Shown here one piece after another: positions 26,780 to 40,140 of a stretch of 64,000 nt of DNA. Position numbers and translations under genes: made by a program. The stretch lies in the NCBI RefSeq assembly GCF_009834535.1, contig NC_045696.1, positions 87,050,001-87,114,000 on the forward strand. The letters are read 5' to 3'. Source of the stretch: Camelus ferus (Eukaryota). The notes below the pieces were generated by a model, which had not been told where the DNA came from, searched no databases, and saw only the letters and a list, made by a program, of their open reading frames with translations. Numbering within the stretch: position 1 is the first letter of the stretch; the number at the start of each line of letters is the position of its first letter.

Positions 26780-28370
26780 GAGTAGAGATCCACATCAATA
26801 GCCATTAGGGAAATCAAATTAAAATTATGATGAGATCTCACTATATACAACTGTATTAGTCAGGTAGGCTGCCATAACAAAATATCATAGACTAGGTGTT
26901 GGTGTCGCGATACCATGTACACATACACACCGTATGCAGAGAGAGCTGATGGCTACTCTGAAGCTTATTAAGTTACACAGTCTTATATAGCAAAGAAGAA
27001 TGATAGTGTCTAGCTCAAGTTCAGAAGACCCTTTATGTTTTGGTAAATCATGTTCGTGTTGGCACCAGCGAGCCTTACAACTTATCAGGGCGGAACATAT
27101 GAGAAACGGCTGCTTAACAACATTTTTCTTGGACTCAGGCGGCTGTGCCTGTCTTAGGTTGCCCCCCTCGGGGGATCTTACCCATCATTGGCTAACCAGC
27201 CTTCTCACCTCTGAGTCTGCAACTTTTTATAACTTGTTTACCATTCAGGCCCAAGGCTTGTTCCTTTGTTCCCACAGTCAGGGGCCTACACTAGGTGGTT
27301 TAAACAACATAAATTTATTTTCTCACAATGCTTAAGACTAGAAGTACCAGATCAGTATTTTGGCCAATTTGGTTTCTGGTGAGAGCTCTCTTCCTGGCTT
27401 ACAGATGGCCATATTTTCACTGCATTCTTAAAGTGGCTTTTTTTGTCTGGCATTCATGGAGAGAGAATTAAATTTCTGGCATCTCTTCCTTTTCTTATAA
27501 GGGCACAGGTTCTATCTGGATTTTTTTTATGACCTAATTTAACCTTAATAACTCCCTTAAATAACCTATCTTTAAAGCAGTCACATTGGAAATCAGCGCT
27601 TTAACATATACATTTTGAGGGGACACAATTCAGTCCAAAACCATGACTAGTAAAATGGCTAAAATGAAAATATTGATAATATCCAGATATTAGTGAAGGT
27701 GCAAAGAATGGAATTCTTAAATATTGCTGGTGGGAATGCAAAATAGTACAATCACTCTGGAAAACATACTTTTATGTGTCAACCTGACTGTGTCATGGGG
27801 TACACAAATATTTGGATAAACGTTATTTATGGGTGCATCTGTGAGAGTGTTTCCAGATGAGAGATTAACATTTGAATTGGTGGGCTCATTAAAACATACT
27901 GCCTTCCTCTATGTGAATGGCATCATTTAGTCCCTTGAGGGGTTACAATATGATTTGATATGGTTTCATATGTATACATATATTCTATTTTTCTGGAGAA
28001 CCCTAACTAATATAACTACTCAGTAATAATAAAAAGTTATTGATAAAAGTGTTAACAGAGAATGAGTTTAAATTCATTATGTTGAGTGAAAGGAACCAGC
28101 TTCAAAGGTTACCTATTATGTGATTCCACTTATGTAGTATTCTCAAAAACAAAACTGAAGTTTTAGAAAACAGATAATGGTTGCCATCTGTTTGGGTGAG
28201 GGTAGGTTGTGACTGTTAACAAAAAGCATGAGAAAGTTTTCTGGGTAATGAACTGTTCTGTCTCTTGATTGTTAGAGGTTTGTAAATCTATGCATATTTT
28301 AAAACTCATTAAATTTACACCAAAAGACTAAATTCACTCTATATTAATTTATAAAATAAAAATTTAAAAC
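26780..28370 (+). mobile_element. Old L1 3' region carrying nested MLT1 (~26852-27640), a young LTR and an MLT2 fragment (~27772-28012)
   Basis: L1 motifs cattagggaaatcaaattaaaa, attgctggtgggaatgcaaaatagtaca; MLT1 ggctgccataacaaaat...ggggacacaattcagtcc; MLT2 ttttatgtgtcaacctgactg...ctggagaaccctaactaata. Confidence 0.8.
26897..27290 (-). mobile_element. Relatively young solo LTR (394 bp)
   Basis: TGTTGG...CCTACA termini, perfect 5-bp TSD CTAGG (26892-26896 / 27291-27295), several CpGs retained, minus-strand CCAAT and TATATAA. Confidence 0.9.
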
Positions 28371-28779
28371 ATAAAATGACTAAATTTTATAAAAATTTTG
28401 TATTGATATAGAGAATAGGCAAAAATCATTTCAAAGTAGTAGAAGTGCTGTGCCCATAAATGGATTCCAGCAGATAAATATATGTAGGAATGTTATATAG
28501 TACAGGTAACATACCAATTCAGTGAAGAAATACATGGTATATCTAGTAAATAGTAATAACACTAGTAGTTAGCCATGTCAAAGAAATTCACATGGTATAT
28601 ACAAATATTTTTATTAAATATATAAATGTAAAGAATTTATACAACAATAAAAATAATAACTAATTATTATTAAATAAAAAATAAAAATAATAAATTATTA
28701 TTATTATTATAATTTCCAATAATATTTTGGAAGTTTTCACTATTATCAAGTCTCTCTTTACTTACTGATAGAGCCCTAG

Positions 28780-29200
28780 TCTTAGCTAGGTACATTTATG
28801 GCCACCCAAATAAAGACAACTTTCCCCAGGCTCTCTTGCAGCTGAGTCTGTCAAATGATTAAATTTACTGCAACATTTAAGTGGAAACGTTACATGTCTT
28901 TTCCAGGAAGCAGCTGTTAATGAATGGTTAGACCCTTATTTCCATTCTATTTCCTTGTATCTGTAATGTGTATGTGATTACTGCACTATGAACACCATGG
29001 GTTAGAAAGTAAAATCTAATTATTGAAGACGTAGAACAAGATAGACTCTTAATCCTTGAGAATTGTAGAACTTCCTTGCCAGCCTTGAATTGGTAACTTC
29101 CAGAATACATTTACATGGGAGAGAAGTTGCTTTCTATCTCTTCTGAAACATGTCATTTTACAGTTTCTAATAGAAACCTTGAAGCCTGTAACTTAAAGCC
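28780..29200 (+). mobile_element. Old MaLR LTR (MLT1F-J-like)
   Basis: ttccccaggctctcttgcagctgag, tttacatgggagagaag. Confidence 0.55.
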
Positions 29201-30376
29201 TGTAACCTAGGTATACTGAAATAGAAAAGATGTTTTTAATTAAATTAAAAAAAAAGTAAAGGAAACTATACAAGAAAAATATATATAAATATAAGAAATA
29301 AAAAACTGCACATAATACTTTTATACAAAAAGAGCTCTTAAAATGTAATTAAAAAAAAAAAGTAGGGGGATAAGGAGCAAAAACAGGTTATCAGAATTAA
29401 GTTTTGATCTCCTTTCCTTGAATCAATTTATCCACTTGAACTCCAAGCAAAGAATGAATTGCTTCCTTCTAGAAAGGATTTCAGAATGGAGTGGGGGATA
29501 TTTTAGAAGTGTTTTATTCCTATTTTTCAGCCTCATACCATCAGGTCATAAGTTATCTTTCATGGAGTAGTCCTTAGGAGGTCAGGAATTAATTTGATAA
29601 CCCAGCAACTCTCAAGAATAGCACTATGTGTTTGCTTTTTAGTTACTTCTAAATTAGGCTTTACTTCCAAGAGAACCCATAAAATACACAAATGTATTTT
29701 TTTAATGTAATGTAGCATAATGGGGGAAAGGTAATTTCCCAAAGCAAAAGTAAGGTATTCCTTCCAGAAGAAGCAGAAATGAATGATGGACAGATAAAAT
29801 GATAAGTGTGTACAACAAAATCATCCTTGAATTATAATTGTTTGACTTTTCCATTGTTGGCTGGTTTGTTTAAAATGAGATGCTGATAAATATGTTAGAA
29901 TTCTCACATGAGCTAGGTAATTTATTCACATATTGATCATGGACAACAATGCCTTTGGGTGTACAACTTCCATTAAGGAGAATAAAATGCCATCATTGCT
30001 TACATAAATATATTACAAATTTTGTTTTATTTCTCCCATAGACTCTCTATTAACATTTATATATTCTGCTAATACAATTTAGGATATTTACCTACATCTA
30101 TTTTCAGGATTATTCTAAACTTTGTTATTTCCCTTAATATTGCAGTTTCCAATAGCTAGCATTTTCCCTTTTCCAGATAAACACATCTTTAATTTCTTGT
30201 TACTGCAGATCTATTCCATTAGACATATTTATCTCCAGTGAAAAGGTAGGTCACTTACTCTCCTGCTCATAGTTTTATAGTGTTTAATTTACTTTATATA
30301 GTTTATACATTTCAACATAAACTGGTAAAATATGTGTATCTTTTAATTTTTTTCTGCTTTTATTTCCCATTTTTAG

Positions 30377-30611
30377 GAAGTTTGGGAATGAAATGTGGGT
30401 GGGGGGGAAAGGCTTCAAGATAAGTCGTTAAAATATTATAAACAGGCCACTTTTTGTTGCTTGGCACTTCTCTTATATTCTCCTACATCACCCCAAACAT
30501 GAACTACAAAGAACAAGCCAGTGTGGACCATTGCTTAGGGAAAAGAGACAGTCCCAGGTCATATGGCCCTGACTAAGAAAGGTTCCAAGTACAAGCACTC
30601 AGGAAAGTTTG
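30377..30611 (+). pseudogene. Pseudo-exon, frameshifted (KFGNEMW...RPLFVAWHFSY.../...GHMALTKKGSKYKHSGKF)
   Basis: ttttatttcccatttttag| ... TTTG|gtatct; phase-1 end matches exon 32433. Confidence 0.5.
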
Positions 30612-30853
30612 GTATCTGTTTGACAAACAGCAATCATGTTAAATCACATGTGTAGTGTATGTGTGTACATATATCTATTTAACGTGTGAGAATACTCAAG
30701 TACTATTGCAAAGTTTGATTCATATATTTTTTCTTATATCATCACTTCATTTTTAACTTTTAACATAGTCTTTGATAAACAACTAAATTTAGTTGAGAAT
30801 TTAGCTAAAAGCATGGATACATTTTTAGCCTTAATTTTGTATTTTATATATGA

Positions 30854-30949
30854 TTTCCTCTTATATACTGGAAATTTGCCCACTTAGCATAATTGTGATA
30901 TTTTCCTCTTATATACTGGAAGTTTGTCCACTTAGCACAATTGTAATAT
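30854..30949. repeat. 48-bp tandem duplication (2 copies)
   Basis: tttcctcttatatactggaa(a/g)tttg(c/t)ccacttagca(t/c)aattgt(g/a)atat twice; 4 mismatches. Confidence 0.95.
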
Positions 30950-32432
30950 TTATTCAAGTTTATTTCTTGAAAATATTTTTTTAAAACTATAAATGATTTA
31001 CTCTAAAGTTCTTCTATAAAATCTTCTTTATGTATAATAGAAAATATAAGATGTCCATATGCCTCCTGTTTTCTCAGAAAAATTAAACAAGGGAATTGAG
31101 TGTAATAAAAGAGCAGAGGCTTCTTAACCAGTCTCAGAATTTCCACTTACTAGTGAGTCATTTCCATTTCTGAGATTGGTATCTCTGTATATCTATATAC
31201 AAATGAATATTTTAAATATATGTTATGAAGTAGAATTAATGTAATGAACCTAATCAACATATTTTTACTAATAATGGCTTTTTATATTAACTTATAATAA
31301 TTGTTTTATTGATCAACGCACTACATTATTTATTAAAAGCATTTGATTATGCCTTGATTATGAAGAATATGAGCAACGACTATTTCTTAAATAGAAAGCA
31401 GGAAATGTGTTTTTTACAGATGAGATACATTCTACTGCATAGTCATTTCTCCAGAAAGCAGTTTTGCAACATATTTAAAATATACACTTATGTCTAGATC
31501 TATATAAAATATACACAAGTAAGATATTTTTAACAAATAGCTCTTTTTCATTAGAAAATGTTATTCCTCTGATTTTTTCAAGTGCCCCTCATTCTTTCAA
31601 AGATATTTTCCTAGATAGTGATCACATCTATTCAATATTTTTTCAAATCATAACATACTTACTTAAATATTACTTTGTTAGAAGTATATTATGAATTATG
31701 ATCTGTAGACGTTAAACTTCACAAGCTTTTTTTCCCCTCAAAATAATTATACTGTCTTCTCAGTTAACATTCTGTTATTTGAGCCAAAACAGTGTTCCTA
31801 TGAGTTAGGTATTGAACAACCTCATAAAGAATACATTTTTATCATGATTGGAAATGTCAGCAAGTTGTTTACTTTTTCAATTTTTGATTACTCCCACATC
31901 TATAAATTTAATTACACACAATCACAATTTCTCTTCTCTTTATGCAGATTCTGCTACAAAGACATTAGAATTTTATATCTTTTGAAGATATAATATTTTA
32001 CTATTTCAGGAAAATCATTGAGATACCTTTCATTTTATAACATACTTAAAATCTTTAAAAAGTAAATGAAATTAGGATTGTTTATGTTTCTAAAGATAGG
32101 TTTTATTATATATATATATATATTTTAGTAAATTGTATAGTGTCCATAAAAATAAAAAAGAATAAAGGGGAATTACGCATGTTTTCAAAATGTTGTTCTC
32201 AATTATTTTTTACTTTCTTTGAAGAATGATAACATAAAACTTTTCTTTTATATAAACTGCATCATTCCATATATATGTATATACACATTAAGATATATAT
32301 TTATTTATGTATCTATATAAAGATTGAGAGAGAGGGAGGGAGGGAGAGAGAGAAATGTAGTTTAAGAGAGAAAAAAATGTTTGTATAGATAAAGACACAT
32401 GCATTTTTTTCCCCTCTTAAAATCCCTCACAG

Positions 32433-32796
32433 GGAGTGAGCTTTGAGAGGTTCTGGGGTCAGATGCTTGTGTACTCATTGACAAAGACGATAACGATGCT
32501 CCTAACAGCACTGAGATACTGCACGCTGTATGACAACGGGTTTGAAAAGGCATCACTGAGGGTGATAATAATTAGAACCAGCAGGAGGACATATTTGAGA
32601 GTGAGAAGCTGGGAAGATATTATCAGTCTGATGGAACAGGCTGAGCTCTGGATCCATGTGTATGTCATTCTTCTTCTATTGAGAATCCTGCTGAAATAGA
32701 CACCCTGTACTCTAAGATAGGCTTTTTGCAGCAGCTAAAGAGACTGCAAAATATTCTTCATGCAAGGGCAAGTCTGGAGAATGATAAAATCCACAA
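32433..32796 (+). pseudogene. Pseudo-exon (SEL*EVLGSDACVLIDKDD...PCVCHSSSIENPAEIDTLYSKIGFLQQLKRLQNILHARASLENDKIH)
   Basis: tttttttcccctcttaaaatccctcacag| ... CACAA|gtaagg; 120 codons in one frame, stops at 32444, 32531, 32543, 32573, 32642; phase 1 to 2. Confidence 0.8.
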
Positions 32797-33643
32797 GTAA
32801 GGAGAATTTATTTAAAAAGCAAGACACTTGAGAAAACACCTTAAGATTTTGAATTAATTATAAAACTAAGTTATGCTATATTTTACTATTTATTTATTAA
32901 TACAAATATTAAATACTGGTTTTCCTTATCTACGGTCAGTCCTAAGACATATAAGGTCATTTTTACATTTTAATTAGCAGGTTTACTGCTTCTACTAAGA
33001 ATGTCCTGCCCAGCCTGCAATTTGTAGTGGAGTCCTGATTTCCACAAAGAAATTTTCCAAAGACAGTTAGGACTATATCTGTATCCTACAGTTCCCTCAA
33101 TCTAGGTGCTAGCTAACACAGATGAAGAGTTATGAAATAACATATCCGTGAAGGGCAAGTTTGGAAATGCAAGGACTCACACTACACCTATAACTAAATT
33201 TTTAGGAAGCATAAGTATAGAAGAAACAGACAGGAAAATGCCCCTGGTTTTGATATGCAGTTATGTATTCTGGGTATAATTCTAAGTGATTTTGATTAAG
33301 TACTCTGAGCCATACTCTTCCTTGAAATGGTTGTGTAGTTGATCCTAAGTGCCTTGGCAGGGTCATGATCTTATATGGTTTCTAGGGGAAAATTGATCAT
33401 GCTTTCATTGGGCTCTTCAATTTGTACCAGCATAGTGTCAGACCCTGAGCAGCTGGTGATTTGGGGAGCATCATTTCCTAATTAACCACTGTGGTGATCA
33501 ATGTAAAAGAAGAGACTATGAATTCTGTACAATAATACATTTCCATTAAGTTCACATTCCTTGAAAATGCAATCAATTTTATATTAAAAAGTCCTAATGG
33601 AGCCTGATAAGTACACATTCTAGTACCTGGAATTTCTCTGCAG

Positions 33644-33812
33644 GTTATCCTTGGACGCCTACATTCCACCCGGGTGGGGGAAATAAAAAGAAAACAACAA
33701 GACAGACAAAAGATGACTGGAACATTGAAAAATCTAACAAGGGAAATGACATGCAGGATTCTGCAGTTCCAGAGGAAGAAGGCCCACAGTGACAAAAAAT
33801 CGATCTCTGTTT
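33644..33812 (+). pseudogene. Pseudo-exon (LSLDAYIPPGWG /fs/ NKKKTTRQTKDDWNIEKSNKGNDMQDSAVPEEEGPQ*QKIDLC)
   Basis: tttctctgcag| ... TGTTT|gtgaga; phase 2 to 2 with one net frameshift, probably in the G/A run near 33680. Confidence 0.7.
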
Positions 33813-33879
33813 GTGAGAGCTCAAAGCTGACCTGTTTCAGGACACTGAGGATGCTGCTCCCATGTACATCAAACCATCA

Positions 33880-35205
33880 AACCTCATTTAAAAAATTGAC
33901 TATATTTTCTGTGTCTGCTTCTTTACTTCCTAGTCATTTTCAACCCACCATAGTCAGCTACTGCTCCATCCATAGCTTTGAATACCAGGCCTCCAATCAT
34001 CTCTTCATTTTTAATTCCAAAGGATACAGTTAGTTCTTATCTTACCAGCTTTCTTAGCAATATTTGATGATTTTTTTTCATTCCTTCCTTTCAAATTCTT
34101 TCCTTTTCTCCATAAGATTCTATAGGCTCCCATTTTAGCTTATTTTTTTCCCAACTATTCCTTCTCAGTATCTTTTAGAGTTCCTCTTCCTTGTCTTGAG
34201 GTTCCTGAAGGATTTCACTGGAGCCACTTCTTTTTTTCACTCCAATCTTTCTTGGCAATGTGGTTCACAGTATTCCATATTCTGATGGGAATCCTTCCCT
34301 CTGTAGACTTCTGGCTCCTGGGACACCCCATTCTTCCATTCTCCTAGTTCCATCCCGAGCATTCTTTCTCAGTCACTCTGTATTTCTCCTTTTTGTTTCC
34401 CCTACTTTTACTTTTAAGTATTGAACTCTCCAGTGTCCTGTTTCGGATGCTAATGGTGTCTCTCTCATCCTGAGCAACATTATTTATACTGATGCTTCAC
34501 AAGATTATATTTCTAATTTGTCACTCTCCTCTGAGCTCTAGCATTCTTTATGTTACTACCTTTAGGTATTTCCACTAGATTGTTTTGAAAGTATTTTAAA
34601 ATAACATTTCAAGTGAAACGTTTGGACCTCTCAAATCTTATTGTTTCTTTGTCTTTCAAGTTAGAGAATTCCTTTATGAAATCCAGTATCTCCCAACAAA
34701 TCATTTTAATTTGTCTAATTATTTTAACACTTTGTCAGACTTCTGCCCCAATCTCCTCTCCTGTCTGTGTCTTTTTTCTATGTATGTTGAACTGTGTTAG
34801 CTGAGCAAGTAAACTGGACTTACTTCCTTGCAAATAGTAATAATAAGGTCTAACTTATTCTCATGATAAATATGATAACATGAAAGTAATTTAACAGAGT
34901 GCTCTATATTTGACAGATTTTTTCTTATGTTTTCCTATTCATTATTGCTTCAAAATATAATGTCACCTTCTCAGAGAGGATATATCTGGCAAATCTATCT
35001 GAATTTTCTCCTGACCCCTCTCTATCTCATAATATTATGGTACTATCTCATGGTACATATGTATTGGTAGATTGGGTAAATATCTCCTCAAAGTTAATAT
35101 TTATGTGGGCAAAGACTCTGTGCTGTTGAATACTGTATCCAAGCTCTTAAAACAATGTTGGCAAACAATACTCACTCAGTAAATAGTGGATGAGTGAAAA
35201 AATGA
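33880..35205 (+). mobile_element. L2 fragments with embedded MIR
   Basis: Pyrimidine-rich L2 body; 3' end tcactcagtaaatagtggatgagtgaa. Confidence 0.7.
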
Positions 35206-35539
35206 AAGAACATTTTCTTAAGCACAGATGTACTATCAAAATATAACTGGAATAGTTGTGAACTAATCAAATGTGTAAAAAGTATCACCTTGTCCACTCA
35301 CAATTTTGAAGCTTCTAAGCAACTTAGTTATCTTCAATTTATATTTCTCTTCTATTTTTGTGGAAAGATAAAGAAAGATAAAGTGTTCCTCCCATAAAGG
35401 ACTTTCTAATAGCAGAGATATGACATTTAAAAACCTTCCTATGTTTTATTGAGGCATGGCTGTTGATACTGTTCTGAATTAATGGCTGATTTACACTGGA
35501 TATACTTATAATCTCTTACTGGATTACTCCTTGGTTCAG

Positions 35540-35669
35540 TAAAAAACATATTCCGAGAATTATCATGAGTTATGGATCAAAGTCAGAAATTCACAAAGTG
35601 TTAAGACCTGCAGTTATTATAAAAATATATCATTGAGAAGGTCTAGAAAAATCCCAGATACATTTAACT
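35540..35669 (+). pseudogene. Pseudo-exon, start of C2 domain (KKHIPRIIMSYGSKSEIHKVLRPAVIIKIYH*EGLEKSQIHLT)
   Basis: ctccttggttcag| ... ACT|gtaaaa; one stop (35634); phase 2 to 0; VIIKIYHxEGL fits the C2 first strand. Confidence 0.6.
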
Positions 35670-37844
35670 GTAAAAATATCCCACTGCTATTTTTGTTTGG
35701 TTTTGGTTTTGGTTTTTGGTTATTTTCCTTCACAAGAAAGAATAATTCTTGAATATTCTGTCAATATGAAAAAGTTATTTTCTTAAGATGATGTTTATTA
35801 AGGCTATTTTAAACTTTCATGTGTCACTTAAATGTAGCTTCCTCTTTCCCGTATTGCTTTCATGTACAAAGGAATTGGTAACCAAATACCCTTTAAGACC
35901 TCTCACATGTATCACAGCACCCTTGACCATTCATATGGTTAGATGGGGAATTTTGGTCAACAGGGGCTATTAGGAGGGCTTTGGAACCAAAACTTATGCT
36001 TCGACCAATACTGAGCCTCTACTTTGGAGAGTGCCCTCAATTGAATACCAATAAATGGATATTTGAGTTTATATTTGTCTTTGTCCCTTTTATGTTTAGC
36101 TCCCTAGAGAAACTCAGTAGAGGTACAGCTAAATAAGGGGTTCCATAATGTCTATTTTGTTGGCTAAAATAATATTTGATAATACCAATAAATTACCCTA
36201 AATCGTAATATACAGTGTGTCTCCACTGTGACAAAAATTACTAATTTTATGTTATTATTAACTCAAGAGGCCCTAATACTTCTATTCTTGAAATACTTTT
36301 AAAATCCTAGTCCAAACATTGTTTCAAATGTGCTCTAAAATAAATAAAGATCATATTTTTAAATAAATACATTTTCAAGAGTGAAAAATATATATTTACT
36401 GATAGAAATATTGAAGAAAAAGAAAACATGCAAAAGATGATGAAAATCATTGATATTAAAGTGACCCAAATTAAGCAACTATGCAGAGTTTGGGACATTT
36501 TTAAAAACTTGTATGTTTTTATGCTGCTAGAAAAATTATATGTATAATATATATTTATACTTGTTAATTTAATACATATTGAAAATTTTCTCATGCCATT
36601 AAAAATTCTTCAAAAATACCTTTAGTGACTATAATATTATAACAAATGGGTAGTCATGATTCACTTAATAATTCTATTATATACATTTAGTTATTATTCC
36701 TAAATTTGCCATTAGAAATGACTATCTTTATAGATGATTTTTATCTGCATTTCTAGCTATTTTCTCCAAAATTAATTTATTGGATCAAGTATTTTAAGGT
36801 TCATGAACTATTAGCCAATATCCAAATAAGCTGCCAGCAGCTATGTATGCAAGTATTCATTTTATCCAAAATTTATGCAGCATGTCTTATTGCAAAAAGT
36901 AGTTCTTAAATGATGTTAAAAATAATTTGCATAGTTAACCTTTTCTTAATCCTATTGTTATTCTTAAATGTATTGTCTTTGATTTCTTTTGGTATGTTAT
37001 TTTTATAGAACATTTATAAATATTTATAGAATAGCATTAATATTGTCAATGTAAATATTCATTGCAACATATGCTGAATAGTTATGGAATAACTCAAATA
37101 AATAGTCATTATACAAATCAATTTAACTGGTACAGGTAATATGAATTTAGTCACTCACCACAGGTAGGAAGTAGTATGACATTTATTTTGCTTTTTGGTG
37201 CCTTAATATTATCCCAAGACACACACGTTCTATATGGGATTAATATTCCTGGATCTAAAACTCCCAGGGCCAGTGTCCTCCATAAGTTTCTAACATCAAT
37301 AGTAAACATAGTCGCACTTTCTCCAGCTTTTGGTAAAACTTTAGGAAATTAACCTGAGGTTCTCCCAAATTTACAGTGTATCAGAAAAGTTTATTTTAAA
37401 GTGTTTAATATTCAGTCACTGTCTCTGAACATGTTTGTGTTTTGAATACTAGTAGCTAGGTTACAAATCTGAAGCTATGCTTCTAAATACATTCCATCAG
37501 GGTGTCATCTCTCCCCACCCACACAGGCTCCTTCTCTGACACAGCAGGGAACACACTACTTTCTGGATATTTTCTTATGTTCCAGAATGGTAACAGAACA
37601 CCATAATCAAGATTCAAATATCTATCATCTAAGAAAGGTATTTTATCTCTATAAAACACCGCCAGTTCTGATAGTGTTATTTCCTCTGTCAGCCTGGTGA
37701 TCTTTCCAACCTATCAACATGTAAACCCCTGTCTTGGGTGATATTTCCCTTGGATGAAAAAAACAAGAGACCTTTTATCTCCAGAGCATTTGAGATATTA
37801 GGCATTAGGTATCCTTCCATTTCCTGTAAGAATTGCATTGTTGT

Positions 37845-38088
37845 TTTATTTTTATTTTATTTATTTTTATTGCAGTATAGTTGATTTACAATATTGTGTT
37901 AGTTTCAGTGTACATCAAACTGATTCAGTTTTCTATATATATATATATAGAAAAAGAATATATATATTCTTTTTCAGATTCTTTTCCATTATAGGTTATT
38001 ACAAGATGTTGAATACAGTTCCCTGTACTATTCAGTAGGTCTCTGTTGTTTATCTATTTTGTATATAGTAGTTTGTATCTGCTAAATT
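37845..38088 (-). mobile_element. Short 5'-truncated L1 3' end, artiodactyl type
   Basis: ttttattgcagtatagttgatttacaatattgtgttagtttc ... aatacagttccctgtact; T-rich tail on the left. Confidence 0.9.
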
Positions 38089-40140
38089 GCTAAATTTAGT
38101 CCATTAGGGAAAACTTAACTCCTTGTCCTCCTTTTCTTGACAGTCTACTTGGAATTACAAATTAAATCTTGCCAGAAAGCTACAAAAAGACTACCTTTCC
38201 CACTTCCTCATTCCTGTACGTAGGTTCAGCTGAGTACCCTATGTCCATTATGGCTTGCAAAGCATTATGTAGTAATGTTTCAACATTCCTCTTATCATAG
38301 TTCATTGATATTCCTCCATTCACTACAAATTATGAAAGATGGCATTTATTTCTATATATAAATTCTCCAGCAAGGTCATGGCCACTGTTTCAAAATTAAT
38401 TATCTCCAATTATTAGGGATATAATTGAGTTTCTTATGAAAATACTTACTATACAAGAATTATAACATCATTTGATAATGAAGGCTCCATAATTAGAAAG
38501 TATAAATTTTATTCCATCATTCAGAAGTGAAAATATCACTTTTCTTTCACTTTATGAATAAAATTTAGTCTACCAAGCTGGTGAAGAATTCAGTATCTGT
38601 CCTTAAGGGGACCTTGTCCCCTGCTATCAGGGGAAGGTGGTATTTTCAGGAGCCTCATGCTATTACGTACACATAAGGAGAGCCCTGTATCGTTGGTTAA
38701 CATAAGATGCCTCCAGCATACCCATTTTTCAAGTGTTCAGGCCTCATTAATGTCAGGTTGCTCCTCTGCTCCATTTTTGGATGACACTTGGGTATTTGAG
38801 TAAAACAAGAATTTTGCCAGGTCTCTATGTGTTAGATTTTTCACTGTACAAAACTTGACTCTCTGTAGGTCCTTGGGGCACTGCAAAAAGTGGACTATAG
38901 ATCTGTTCTCACATGGACTTTCCAGTCTTGAGAAAAATCTCTAAAAACCGACCTCACCTAAAGCCACTTTTCCACCTTCGACTTAACGTTATTATTCCCC
39001 TTATTTCTTTCTTCAGAGAGTATCTTATTTTTTATCTACACATATTAAAAGCACATTAAAATTAGAGGAAGTTCTGTATTGTTGCACTAACATGATTTTT
39101 TTTCTTTGCTTGATTTGAATATGTTTATGTACATATATAATAGCTCAGTGATTAGTTTTGACTCTTTCTGAGATCAGGCAGACCTTGAATTGAAATTTGG
39201 TTCCAATATTTACTTTCAAATTAGTTAACCTCTCAAAGTTTCACCTTTATCTCAGCTGTAAGATTAGAATTATCATAGCATGATTTTGAATGTTGCACAG
39301 ATAATATATATAAACTACATAGCCTGGGGCATGGCATAGTGAAAACAATATCTGTTAAGAATGACTATAATCATTATCACTTACATTTTGATGCTAAATA
39401 AAAAAGGTGTGTATTATATATGAAAACTTTCTCTTACTTTTTCACAGTAATTTACAATCTGAATTTTTACTATTTTGTTTATCTGGTAGCTTATTTGCCT
39501 GGTGTTCTTTTCACTGCTCTATCCTCAGTCCCTCAAATCAGGTTGAGAACTTAATAAACACTCCTTTAATATTTTGTTGGATTAATGAATAGTTACAAGC
39601 TTTCAATAAGAGGACCCTAGATTGGGGTTGAGCGTTTGGGAAAACTTTCTTCAATTTCTTCCCTTTGGGTTTGAACTACAATGGTTACTGAAGCATGAGA
39701 ACACATGTATACCTCCATCCTTTTTGAATGGGTAAGGAAAAATACTTAGTGCTGATAAATAGTACACAGCTTATTTTACTAAATAATCTTTTCATGAACA
39801 TTCTTTTTTCTGTCATGAACATTTTTTTAAAATTGAAAAGCATGACATCAAATAAATCAAAGTCATTTGTCATTCATGGCAACATTGACTCTGACATTGT
39901 TTATTTGGATTCCAGACACTTGACTTTTATGATTCTGGCTTCATCTACATCCAAATATTGAAAAATAAATGTGTAATTCTTACAGCTCTGTCATCCTGTG
40001 ATCACACAGTACTCTGTTCCCATGGTCAAGCTATATCAACTGCAAATCCTAAAACATTTTGATAGTGAATAATATATTTAAATGGAAAAATAGTAGATTT
40101 GGTGATAATGAATGAAGTAAAGCATATTTTCTTGTTTCAG

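Noticed and set aside
30854..30949. CRISPR-like array
   Set aside because: Only two adjacent copies with no spacers, in mammalian DNA; no prokaryotic features anywhere in the window.
32436..32699. 87-aa + ORF as a real CDS
   Set aside because: It is an alternative frame of the pseudo-exon; the frame compatible with both neighbouring exons is the one with five stops.
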